A DNA stretch of 64,000 nt, from the IMG/VR virus record IMGVR_UViG_3300027899_000012, positions 26,243-90,242 of that record; one strand, given 5' to 3'. The first letter of the stretch is position 1, and every line of letters begins with the position of its first letter. The notes beneath the pieces are model-generated. The model worked only from the letters and a program-made list of their open reading frames with translations. It made no database searches and had not been told where the DNA came from. The stretch comes from a virus. The translations under genes and the position numbers were made by a program. Positions 9,599-18,348 of the stretch are shown here, piece after piece.

Positions 9599-10354
9599 CT
9601 AGGTCGGCGGCAACGCGCGCCCCTCCCCGGCCTTCGCGATCTTGCACGCTCCGCACTCGCAGCCTTCGGGGTCGCACAGGTCATGGCCGCAGTCCGTGCA
9701 AAGGGTGTTGGTGTAGGGTTGTACGAGATTGCAACACGCGCACGTTTGAATGCTCGGCTCGGTGATGCTCACCGGCTTTCGCTCGCGCGAAATCCACACG
9801 TGAGCACACTCACCGTTGCTGCACACCAAGTCTCTGCTTTGCCCCTTGTAGCAAGCGGTGCCCTTGAAGCAAATCGGACACGGAAACCCGGGTATTGCTT
9901 CGCGAACGTCGTCTGACCAGCCTCCGCTGTCTGCCCAACCTACGCTCTTTTCGTCCACGCAGAACGCTCCCCATTGCTTGCACAACGCGCACTGCACCTC
10001 GCATCCCAGATCCGTGGACGAGCACGACCGGACCGTTGCGTAGTCGGGCTCGTGCCTGCAGCGCGATTTTTCCAGGCGCCGGCAGGTTGAGCAGTCGCAA
10101 TCCGCCGGATCGCCCAGTTCCACGCGAGCGGGCAGCGCCTCCAATCCTTCCAGCATGGCTCGCTCGATTACCGTGGGCCAGTCGTTCTCGCTTTCGCTGT
10201 CGAGCAACTCGATCAACGCCTCGACGGTCCTGCATTCGAGCAATGCTTTCCGTGCTCGTTCCGCAAGCTCAGCACGAGGCGTCGTCGAGCGTGCGTGCAT
10301 CACAACCGTGTAGGGAACGTGGAGTACGGCCATGCCGTGGGCATTGAATCGCAT
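9599..10354 (-). CDS. multi-zinc-finger Cys-rich protein
   Basis: MRFNAHG...; many CxxC motifs. Confidence 0.65.
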   Translation of the reverse strand: MRFNAHGMAVLHVPYTVVMHARSTTPRAELAERARKALLECRTVEALIELLDSESENDWPTVIERAMLEGLEALPARVELGDPADCDCSTCRRLEKSRCRHEPDYATVRSCSSTDLGCEVQCALCKQWGAFCVDEKSVGWADSGGWSDDVREAIPGFPCPICFKGTACYKGQSRDLVCSNGECAHVWISRERKPVSITEPSIQTCACCNLVQPYTNTLCTDCGHDLCDPEGCECGACKIAKAGEGRALPPT

Positions 10355-10755
10355 CACGCACCTTCCTTCGGAACGATCGACAGCGAGTCGATCACGCATT
10401 CCACAACCTGTTGTGCCCATGAGCCGTGCCCACGCTTCACGTCCATCTTGCAGACGCGATCCGGGATCGCTCCCCTTCCCCAATGCCGATCCCACACGAT
10501 CTCTACGATGTACTGGCGCACCGGCGTCCAACCTGCCCTTGCAGCGCGGTCCAGGGCGATGTCCAGCGTCGGACCGTACCCGAAGGCGCCGCCTCCTTCC
10601 TTGCCGCAAGCGATGCTCACCTTCCACTTGGGTTGCGGAATGGGCTCGTTCTCGGGATAGTCGGGAGCGCCCTCCCGGAGCTTGGCCAGGGTCATGGCCG
10701 GAAGCGGGGGAACGTCAGAGAGGCGAGATAGTTCGTGAGCCTTCAGGGCAATCAT
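10354..10755 (-). CDS. hypothetical protein
   Basis: MIALKAHEL... preceded by the hairpin motif. Confidence 0.65.
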   Translation of the reverse strand: MIALKAHELSRLSDVPPLPAMTLAKLREGAPDYPENEPIPQPKWKVSIACGKEGGGAFGYGPTLDIALDRAARAGWTPVRQYIVEIVWDRHWGRGAIPDRVCKMDVKRGHGSWAQQVVECVIDSLSIVPKEGA

Positions 10756-10772
10756 CGTTGCAGTCGCTTTCT

Positions 10773-10787
10773 GCACGCCACGCGTGC
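10773..10787 (-). promoter_or_regulatory. triloop hairpin, copy 3
   Basis: GCACGC-GTG-GCGTGC, 17 nt upstream of ATG 10755. Confidence 0.7.
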
Positions 10788-10861
10788 GTTCCGTCACTGG
10801 CAGCGCTCGCCGGTTTAACCCGACCAGCGCACGTGCAGGTTAACCGCTGCACCGGGATCGA

Positions 10862-11167
10862 TCACTCGATGACTTGATCCTCCAGCGGGGCGAGATCGTC
10901 GGGCAAGTCCTCATCCTGGGAGAGCAACCACCGCGCAGCTTCTTGCGGTGATACCCACTCCGCATGCGGCAGGGTGCCTTGCCACTGGCTCGTGCACTCC
11001 AGCCAGTATCGACCCTTTCGCGACCGGTGAAGCTTCTGGTGCGTGAACTGGCTACCCGTGGCACGGCTCACGTGGTTGTTGCCGTTCCAACGTGTGCCTT
11101 CAGTCCAGGACTGCGTTGCATTCGCAGTGTCCACAACCGTCCCATCTTCCATTCGGTATCTGCTCAT
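10862..11167 (-). CDS. phage-type hypothetical protein
   Basis: MSRYRMEDG... with AGGAGG SD. Confidence 0.8.
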   Translation of the reverse strand: MSRYRMEDGTVVDTANATQSWTEGTRWNGNNHVSRATGSQFTHQKLHRSRKGRYWLECTSQWQGTLPHAEWVSPQEAARWLLSQDEDLPDDLAPLEDQVIE

Positions 11168-11218
11168 CGGTAAACCTCCTGCGCACGTGGCGCATTTGTG
11201 TTTTCGTTGACGGGCAAT

Positions 11219-11518
11219 TCAGTCGTCGCCTTCGTCTCCTTCCTCGTCGTTCTCTTCGTCTGCGTCGGCGGCCCCTTGGTTGTCCGGGTCGTTGGCGTCC
11301 TGGTGTTCCTTCTCGACCGTGGGCCAGTCCGTCTGCTTGACGGAAAGGGCCAGGGCAGCGTTGAAAATCGCCTCGGTGCCAGCGTGCAGTCGCGCCGCGA
11401 GAATCAGGCCCATGAACGCCAAGTCCTCGTTTCCTTCAGACTCATCGTCGGCCGCATTCGCAATCTCGCACGCAACGTCAAACGCTTCGTCGGCCGTGAA
11501 GCTGGAAAGCGGAGTCAC
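11219..11518 (-). CDS. acidic hypothetical protein
   Basis: Probable GTG start; D/E-rich tail; start uncertain. Confidence 0.5.
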   Translation of the reverse strand: MTPLSSFTADEAFDVACEIANAADDESEGNEDLAFMGLILAARLHAGTEAIFNAALALSVKQTDWPTVEKEHQDANDPDNQGAADADEENDEEGDEGDD

Positions 11519-11697
11519 AGGCGCGGGCCGTCGCCCGTCGCCTCGTTCCGATCTCCTACCTCCGCCGCCCCTTCGATGTCCTCGCATTTTATCCTCCACA
11601 CGTACAGGTTTGTTTCGCAAGTCGTAGACCTTGACGCCTGCTGATCGCAAGGCTTCGAGCGCACGAGCTTCCCTTCTCTTGGGACAGCCGGCCACGG

Positions 11698-12834
11698 CTA
11701 GAATTCCCCCTGCCCGATGTTCTTGACGGCTGCGGCGTAGGCTTCAACCAAGGTCGTGCCCTTGCCCTTGCCGATCGGCGTGGATTTGTCCGCGATCGTG
11801 GTCGAGTAGATCGTGACCCACGCCTGCCCGTTCTTGCCATGACCGGCCGAAAGCGACCATTTGTGCAGGTCGGCTTCGATCAACGGGTTCCCGATCGGAG
11901 CGGCCTCGACGGGGGCCGGGGTTGCGGGTGCAGTTGCCTTGGTTGTCGTTGTCTCGCTCATGGGTTGCTCGGCTTTCTCGCACGCCACGCGTGCGGTTTC
12001 GTTCGCGGGCACCTCGCCCGCAGGTTGGATTGCCACAATGGGGTAGGGGTGCGAGGCAATGTGCTCCTCGACGGATTCAAAATGCCGCCCGACCGTGCGG
12101 TCAGCGGTGAAGCTCACCGTGGGATAGCTGTGCCAGGGTTGATCGATGGTCATGGGTACGCGCAAGCGTCCCTTGCCGCCGTGCCACGTGAACGTCAGGC
12201 GAGGCGCGCGACCGTTCCATCCCAGGTTCCAATCGATCCGGACGGTCCAATCGCGGCACCGGAGCGAATCCAGGGTGCGAACGACGCTCCGGAGCTTCAA
12301 CGCGTCCGCGTACCAGCAATGATCCTCGAAATCCACGCGTAGGTTTGTTCTGCCCTTGCAGGATGCGAGAATGAGCGCCTTGAACGGTACGCGCTCCAGG
12401 ATCGCGGTCCAGTCATCGTGGATCATGCTCGCCTGCAGATGCGACCGGGCCGCGCAAACGGTGGGGTGGTCGTTCGGAACTGCCTCGCCCCTTTCGTCGG
12501 CTCTCCGTGCGCCACCTTTGACGCTTCCCAGGAACATGCCCGCGAGCTTCGCGTCGTCGATCGCTTGGATCTGCTCTCGCAAACCGTCGGCGCCGGTGTG
12601 CCACCAGTACGCGAAGGCGTCCAGGCTCGCAATCATGGCGTCGCGAATCTCGAACGTGTCGGCGCCTTCCTTCGGAGCGTCCGCGATTCGGTACTCTTCA
12701 TCGTTCGCCTTGACGATCCTCTTTGCCATCTTGACGATCGGAACCAGCATGGCCTCGAATTCGTGGCGCGTGCACGGGGGAACGGGTTCGGGCGTTGCTT
12801 CGCTTGCTTCCACGTCAACGGGTTGGCAACTCAT
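11698..12834 (-). CDS. hypothetical protein, probably with a second internal start at 11961 (MSETTTTK)
   Basis: ATGA-coupled start at 12834; internal hairpin followed by an ATG. Confidence 0.65.
   Translation of the reverse strand: MSCQPVDVEASEATPEPVPPCTRHEFEAMLVPIVKMAKRIVKANDEEYRIADAPKEGADTFEIRDAMIASLDAFAYWWHTGADGLREQIQAIDDAKLAGMFLGSVKGGARRADERGEAVPNDHPTVCAARSHLQASMIHDDWTAILERVPFKALILASCKGRTNLRVDFEDHCWYADALKLRSVVRTLDSLRCRDWTVRIDWNLGWNGRAPRLTFTWHGGKGRLRVPMTIDQPWHSYPTVSFTADRTVGRHFESVEEHIASHPYPIVAIQPAGEVPANETARVACEKAEQPMSETTTTKATAPATPAPVEAAPIGNPLIEADLHKWSLSAGHGKNGQAWVTIYSTTIADKSTPIGKGKGTTLVEAYAAAVKNIGQGEF
11979..11995 (-). promoter_or_regulatory. triloop hairpin, copy 4
   Basis: Identical 17-mer to 7441-7457; 17 nt upstream of ATG 11961. 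Confidence 0.7.
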
Positions 12835-13049
12835 GGCGCATACCTCACGCATCGGATCTGGAATTCCGCGGCCGCCCCTCCGCCGCCCGTGTACGTTTCA
12901 CCGGGCTCCAAGCGTTGGATCGCGTCCAGGACTTCCGCGAGGTACGTGTCAGCCTGGACGTCGTTCGTCGCGCGCCACTGATCGAGCGTAAACAGGGCCG
13001 GAAAGGCATCGCCTGTTTCCGGGTCTAGTTCCTGGTAAAGCTTTGTCAT
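12831..13049 (-). CDS. hypothetical protein
   Basis: MTKLYQELDP...; coupled at both ends. Confidence 0.65.
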   Translation of the reverse strand: MTKLYQELDPETGDAFPALFTLDQWRATNDVQADTYLAEVLDAIQRLEPGETYTGGGGAAAEFQIRCVRYAP

Positions 13050-13273
13050 CACGCCACCAGCCCGATCCGTCGCTCGTACGCAAGGCACGCCGCGCACGTA
13101 ACGACCGGGTTGGCTGTTCCCGCGTCCAGGACACGCCAGGACCGCGGCACGTAGGCGACCCACCCGTGGACCCGGACCACGCGCCCGCAACCATCGCAGG
13201 CCACAACCACGGGCCAGCGCGATGCGTTCGGGGTCCGCTCGCCGGGCTGGACCTTGACGGCTCGGCTACTCAC
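13049..13273 (-). CDS. small zinc-ribbon protein
   Basis: CDGC and CAAC; GTGA coupling. Confidence 0.55.
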   Translation of the reverse strand: MSSRAVKVQPGERTPNASRWPVVVACDGCGRVVRVHGWVAYVPRSWRVLDAGTANPVVTCAACLAYERRIGLVA

Positions 13274-13524
13274 GACACGCCCCCAGGGCTCGGGAAGGAC
13301 ACGCCTTCGACAACCACGGACCCGGGGGGCGGGGTTCCGTCGCGCATGGCGCGCGCGGCGTTCGTCGCGGCTTCGAGCACGGCCACGGGATCGGCTCCGA
13401 TGGCTTGGGCCACCTGGACAAGGCAATGCGTGAGCGCTGCCATGACGTCCGCCGGACCATCGTCGGGGCCGGTCATGACGTTAACCATAATCGGGGGGGA
13501 ACTGGGATCGTTCTGGCTGGACAT
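13270..13524 (-). CDS. hypothetical protein
   Basis: MSSQNDP... after GGAGG SD. Confidence 0.65.
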   Translation of the reverse strand: MSSQNDPSSPPIMVNVMTGPDDGPADVMAALTHCLVQVAQAIGADPVAVLEAATNAARAMRDGTPPPGSVVVEGVSFPSPGGVS

Positions 13525-13847
13525 GGTTTCTACCTCCGGGATCGACACTCGATCCGTCCGGGCGAACTGCCCGGGTGCAAGGTGGATGGTACGTTGCAAG
13601 GTCGTAACAGTCAAGGGGCGATCGCACCTAACCCTGCGCTTTTCTTGCGAAAACGTGTACGTGTTTGCAGGGTGCTTCGCTCGTGCGTAACACGCGCACG
13701 TGTCCGGAAGGGTGGGGTGCGGAGCGTTGCAAGGTCGCAACAACTTGCGCGCCATGGTCGCCGCGGTCGGAACGGGCGATCGGGTAGGGGGCGAAACATT
13801 GCGCGAAGCGTGCTGCGGCATGGCGGCGATCCCTGGGATGGCGGGAA

Positions 13848-13871
13848 GGGGGAACCCCGAAGGGTTCCCCC
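13848..13871 (-). terminator. GC-rich hairpin with cUUCGg tetraloop, probable terminator or stabiliser of the AAA operon
   Basis: GGGGGAACCC-TTCG-GGGTTCCCCC just after stop 13881; U-tract is weak. Confidence 0.65.
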
Positions 13872-13880
13872 GGTGGACCG

Positions 13881-15380
13881 TCAGCCGGCGGCCGGCGGGG
13901 TGGAGCCCGATCCGTTGCCTTCGGCAACGGGAGCGCGCGCCTTGAATTTACGCGGCCCGGCCTTGCCCACGCCAAGGGTTCGGAGCGCTTCGCGCGCCCC
14001 GTCAAGCTTTGCGGCGATGGCATCGCGAGCGGTTCCAGACTCCCGGACCGCTTGCCAGTCCGCAACCCCGTCCAGGGTCGCCTTGATTTGTGCAGCCACG
14101 GCCGCGAGCGCCGTATCGTTTGTGACGTCCTTGGCGGCGAGATCCTTGAGCCATCCCTGAAGGCTCGCGATACGGACGTCGCGGAACGCCTTCCGCTTGC
14201 CATCCTCGCCCGGTCGCAGCAGGGCGGTTAGTTCATCGAGCATGGTGCCCGCTTGCACGCGTGCGGCCGCCCGGATTTCGGCCCACGCTTCGCGCTGCTG
14301 TACTTTCATCGCTTCTGCATTTCGGGCCGCCATGGCCGTGTCCAGCCGCTTTGAACCCGTGAGATCCACCCATGTCGTGCTCGCCGTGTAGGACGCAACC
14401 GCGACCGATCGCGGCACGTAATCGGACGCGCGCCATACTCCCGGCAGTTCACGGATCCCGGTCATGGGATCGAGCCGTTCAACGACGTCCCGATCGTCGA
14501 TGACAGCCTGATCGTAAACGTTGCCCAGCGCTTGCACCAGGGCAGGGCGGGTGCTGGTGATATAGTCGGCGGCGAGCGCTTCAACGCGATCCATCAAGGC
14601 GATCGGCACGGGATAGATCCCGCGCAGCTGGGAAGGCAACGCAACGGACCGGATCGCGAGCCGGAACGAATTGTCAGCGGCTTCGATGCTCGCATGCTCC
14701 GGGCAAGCGCTCAGAAGCTTGACGGTCGTTTTTGTGGACTTTTTACCCTTACCGCTTGCCGCCGGATCGGCCGGCGCTTGCGCGTCAAGGCTCGTTACCC
14801 GCACGCGATCCGTGATATCGCGGCCCACGCCAAGGCGGCCGAAATCCGCGCGGAACCATACGACGTTCTTAAACGGATCCGTGATTTCCTTCGGCGCTTC
14901 TGCAAGGGCAGCGCGGAGCGCGGCATCCTCCGCCGTTTCACCGGTTGGGCCTTCGGCGGGGGGGGGCGCATCGCTGGACGGCTCCGCCGTCGCTTCGCTG
15001 GCAGCGGCCGCCACGGCCGCCGCGCCTTCGGCCTGTACCTCGATCGGGTTGCTCGCAACCCGGGCTGGCAAGGGTTCGGGCTCCGGGTCCGCTTCGGGTT
15101 GCGCGACCGGTTCGACCGGTTCGCCTACCGCGATCGATTCGAGCCATCCCACGATCGCGATCCGAGCATCCGCCCGGGTCCCCTTCGGCAGCGCTCCGAG
15201 CAACGCGGCCGCCGCGCCGAACACGGGCAGCGCGGCCGTTGGCATCGTAGCGGCTTCGCGCTCGATTTCTGCCACGATTTCGGCGCGCTTCGATCCGCCG
15301 TCGAAAGTCGCAAGCAACGCATTGGACAGAACCGCATATTGATCAGAGGTGAGGGAGTAACGGGTTGTGCTGGTATTCAT
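13881..15380 (-). CDS. large helical protein, DUF3150-like C-terminal region (tentative)
   Basis: Last gene of the AAA operon; Ala/Pro/Glu linker followed by a helical domain; family call is by resemblance only. Confidence 0.6.
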   Translation of the reverse strand: MNTSTTRYSLTSDQYAVLSNALLATFDGGSKRAEIVAEIEREAATMPTAALPVFGAAAALLGALPKGTRADARIAIVGWLESIAVGEPVEPVAQPEADPEPEPLPARVASNPIEVQAEGAAAVAAAASEATAEPSSDAPPPAEGPTGETAEDAALRAALAEAPKEITDPFKNVVWFRADFGRLGVGRDITDRVRVTSLDAQAPADPAASGKGKKSTKTTVKLLSACPEHASIEAADNSFRLAIRSVALPSQLRGIYPVPIALMDRVEALAADYITSTRPALVQALGNVYDQAVIDDRDVVERLDPMTGIRELPGVWRASDYVPRSVAVASYTASTTWVDLTGSKRLDTAMAARNAEAMKVQQREAWAEIRAAARVQAGTMLDELTALLRPGEDGKRKAFRDVRIASLQGWLKDLAAKDVTNDTALAAVAAQIKATLDGVADWQAVRESGTARDAIAAKLDGAREALRTLGVGKAGPRKFKARAPVAEGNGSGSTPPAAG

Positions 15381-15424
15381 GGCTTCGTCTGCTTTCTGCC
15401 CGGACACTCCGGGCGTTTGTGGGC

Positions 15425-15676
15425 CTATTGCTTGATCCGTTCGGGTTGCTTGGCTTGCTCGCGTACCATGCCCTTGACCACGCGAGCGGAGCTTTCGATC
15501 GTCACGTTCGCCGCTCGCGCAAATGCCGCGATCGCGTCCGCCACGGTCGAATGCGACGTCTGCATTTTTCCGGTCACGATCTTGATCACCCCAGACGGGG
15601 CGATCGTGATTTCGAGCGTATCCGTTGCCACGGTTTCACCGTTCGGGCCGTGTGAATGATTGGAATTGCCGCACAT
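15425..15676 (-). CDS. DUF2997-like small protein
   Basis: LEITIAPSGVIKIVT beta-hairpin pattern; context next to Ycf46-like ATPase and DUF1257-like gene. Confidence 0.6.
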   Translation of the reverse strand: MCGNSNHSHGPNGETVATDTLEITIAPSGVIKIVTGKMQTSHSTVADAIAAFARAANVTIESSARVVKGMVREQAKQPERIKQ

Positions 15677-15684
15677 GGTTGCAC

Positions 15685-16071
15685 CTACCTCCGGAACGTG
15701 AGCTTAACCGCCCCGTCGCTTTGTTTCACCGTGCTCGTATGCTTGAATCCGAACCGTTTGAGCGACACTTGGGCCGCCTTTGTGCCGTACGCCTGTCGGA
15801 TCTCGCCGGTCATGCGCTCGACGTCCGCTTCCGTCCCTTCCTCGATCCGGATCCGCGATCCGGACTGCCGAACGTTCAACGTTGACGTCCCCTTGCGAGC
15901 TACCAGCAAATCGCTGGCCAGCTTGACGTTCCGAGCATGGCCCCGAACGATCGCCCCTTCCTGGTACAGGGTGACGGTCCAACCGTCGCTTTCGAGCGCT
16001 TGCGCCAGCATGGCGCGATCCATCCCGTCCAGGTTGAGCCTGGAAGTCGTGTACTTTGTATCGCATGGCAT
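15685..16071 (-). CDS. DUF1257 (Ycf35)-like protein
   Basis: DRAMLAQALESDGW...IRQAYG...GF...DGAVKLTF pattern; genomic context. Confidence 0.6.
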   Translation of the reverse strand: MPCDTKYTTSRLNLDGMDRAMLAQALESDGWTVTLYQEGAIVRGHARNVKLASDLLVARKGTSTLNVRQSGSRIRIEEGTEADVERMTGEIRQAYGTKAAQVSLKRFGFKHTSTVKQSDGAVKLTFRR

Positions 16072-16073
16072 GA

Positions 16074-17723
16074 CTAAAAATCCTCGCCCGGGTCGGGAGT
16101 TTCCGTAGGGGGGGGCGCAGCAGGAGCCGGAGCGGCCGCCCGAAGCTTGCGACCGGCCGCCGGTGTCATCAGTGCGGCCGCAGACGGCGCGACATACGGG
16201 CGCCCCGTGGACGCGTCCGTATAGCTGTTTTCTGCGGCGATTCGATTGCGCTCGGCTACTTCCTTGCCCACCTTTCGCAAGCTTGCCACGTGCCGCTCCG
16301 CCGCTTGCTGGACGGTGATACCGTAATCGAGCGACTTCTGGATCGCCTGCACGATATCGCGACCCGTCCATCCCTGGTAGAGCGCTTGCGGCGGCCGCTC
16401 GGACGGCGGGAGCCCGAATTTGCGCAACTGGGCAAGCCAGATCCCTTCCAGCTGGGCAGCGTCGGGCACCCCAAAGTAGAACGTCTCAACCATGCGCGAT
16501 GTAAACTCTTCGCGAAATAGCGGGGCGCCGGTGTCATCGTGCGTCCGATTGCAGGTTGCGAACCATAGGTGCACGCCCCCGAACGCTACCAGCCGTGCGA
16601 ACGCTTGCTCCGCGTTTCTTTTTGACGCTCCGACATACTCGTTTTTTAGACTGTCCGTATCCAGCATGACGATCGGGCACTGGGCAAGGCTGGCCACAAC
16701 CCTGGCCAGCGTGGACTTGCCCACGCCCGGCAATCCGCTTGACAGGATCGTGATGTTCCGGAGCACGCGCGGATCCGGGTAAGCAAGGTGAGTGAGCAGC
16801 GACTTGAAAATCCCGGCCGTCGCTCCGCCGTCGCGCGCATCCGACCCGGATTGTACGATTTTTTCGGCTTCATCCAACAACACGACAAGGCGGATCGGGA
16901 TCCGCTTCACTAGATCCCCTGCCCAGTCCAGGACATAGGGTATGCCTGCGAAGTGTTCGGGCCGTTCGGGCTGATCAATCGTGATACCGGGCAGCGCGCC
17001 CAACATTTCGCGGGTCCGTGCGCCGACCACGTCAAGGTCAAGGCGTCCCGTGGCGCACCCCAGGGATCCAGCCTGCGACACTTGGAACCCCGTGAGCGAA
17101 GCCGTGGCCCCGCTTGCCGCCGCAATCGAGCGATCGTCCGCGGGAATGCTATTTTCCGCGCACAAGTCGCGAACGACCCCGGCGCGCTCCGCGTCCGATG
17201 GCAAGGGATCCCGGACAAGCAAGACGTCACCCTGTATCAGGGCAGGGATCCGACCCGGGTCGTTACCCAACCCAATGACCATGGATTCCGATCCGCCCGC
17301 ACAAAGCCAGTCGCGAAGGCGTAGCAGGGCGAGCGCAACCCCGGGTTTGTTCCAGACGTCGTCCGCGTCCCACCATACCAGGACGGACCGGGGCGGGATC
17401 CCGTATCGTCGGGTTGTTTCCGGGTCGATCCAGGGGCGCATAGCCTTGCACGCTTCAAGCGGCTCGCAAAGCATGCTCGGATCCTTCTCGCCGCAGAAGT
17501 CGCCGATCGAATCGCGCGCAGCGTCGTTCAAGGGTTCGAGTCCCCAGGTTGAGTCAAGGTGCCACATGGGGGGGCAGTCCAGACCGCGGGCCGCCGCGTC
17601 GTTGGCGATCGATTCTGCGATCGCCGATTCGGCAGCAGGCTGATCACCCGTGGCGAGGTACGCGATCGGAACGGATACGCCGTACGCTAGGACAATTTGA
17701 GCCGTGAATTTCGGGGCCGTCAT
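16074..17723 (-). CDS. Ycf46-like AAA+ ATPase with permuted motif order
   Basis: LLDEAEK (Walker B), GLPGVGKS (Walker A), EYVG pore loop, FATCN sensor 1, GWTGRDI lid; degenerate N-terminal AAA-like domain. Confidence 0.88.
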   Translation of the reverse strand: MTAPKFTAQIVLAYGVSVPIAYLATGDQPAAESAIAESIANDAAARGLDCPPMWHLDSTWGLEPLNDAARDSIGDFCGEKDPSMLCEPLEACKAMRPWIDPETTRRYGIPPRSVLVWWDADDVWNKPGVALALLRLRDWLCAGGSESMVIGLGNDPGRIPALIQGDVLLVRDPLPSDAERAGVVRDLCAENSIPADDRSIAAASGATASLTGFQVSQAGSLGCATGRLDLDVVGARTREMLGALPGITIDQPERPEHFAGIPYVLDWAGDLVKRIPIRLVVLLDEAEKIVQSGSDARDGGATAGIFKSLLTHLAYPDPRVLRNITILSSGLPGVGKSTLARVVASLAQCPIVMLDTDSLKNEYVGASKRNAEQAFARLVAFGGVHLWFATCNRTHDDTGAPLFREEFTSRMVETFYFGVPDAAQLEGIWLAQLRKFGLPPSERPPQALYQGWTGRDIVQAIQKSLDYGITVQQAAERHVASLRKVGKEVAERNRIAAENSYTDASTGRPYVAPSAAALMTPAAGRKLRAAAPAPAAPPPTETPDPGEDF

Positions 17724-17765
17724 TTTCTGTACTCGCTTTCTGCGGCGACACTCGCCGCACCAGGG

Positions 17766-17793
17766 AAGTTAGCACGTGCACCGCACGTGTCAA
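17766..17793 (-). promoter_or_regulatory. sigma70-type promoter of the AAA operon
   Basis: TTGACA-N16-TAACTT with an extended -10 TG. Confidence 0.6.
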
Positions 17794-17851
17794 CGGTAAA
17801 ACGTACGCGTGATTTTGGGGAAACCGTGAAACGGTTTCGAGGGTGGGGCGA

Positions 17852-18163
17852 TTATTCGAGCTTGGTCAGCAAATCCGCCAAGGGCGGACCGTCCAACGCG
17901 GGCAACGCTTCAAGGCGCACGTTGAACCCTAGATCGTGCTTGTCGCGAACGTTCAGCGCTTCCGTGAATGCTTCCGCTATGTTGCCCGATTGCAGCAGGG
18001 CAACGAAGCGATCCCATTTGACCGGATCGTCCAGGAGCGCGACGTCCAGAATGCAGGAAAGCGCTTCCCGTTGCGCGCTTTCCTCGGTTGGACAAAGCGC
18101 AACGTGCTGGATTTGTTCGTTGCGGTCCTGGAACACTACAACGAAGGCCACGGGCGCGTTCAT
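17852..18163 (-). CDS. hypothetical protein
   Basis: MNAPVAFVVV...; ATGA coupling. Confidence 0.65.
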   Translation of the reverse strand: MNAPVAFVVVFQDRNEQIQHVALCPTEESAQREALSCILDVALLDDPVKWDRFVALLQSGNIAEAFTEALNVRDKHDLGFNVRLEALPALDGPPLADLLTKLE

Positions 18164-18348
18164 TTGCCCCCCTTTGCCGCTCGGCTCCACGCAGCGGGAA
18201 GGAACCCACCACCGCGGATCCATTCGTCCATGGCCAGCACTAGCTCTGCTAGTCGATCGGCTACAGGTGTCATACCGCCCGAAGGTTTGCCGTCAACGAC
18301 GGCAGTGGCAAGGCGGACTTGTTCGGCTAGGTTCGCGTCCGGATCCAT
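18160..18348 (-). CDS. small phage-type protein (MDPDANL...DEWIRGGGFLPAAW)
   Basis: Resembles a recurrent small phage protein pattern. Confidence 0.7.
   Translation of the reverse strand: MDPDANLAEQVRLATAVVDGKPSGGMTPVADRLAELVLAMDEWIRGGGFLPAAWSRAAKGGK

Noticed and set aside
7441-11995. Hairpin repeats as a CRISPR array or integron attC sites
   Set aside because: Too short, spaced 1-2 kb apart by whole genes; no cas gene, integrase or GTTRRRY boxes were recognised.
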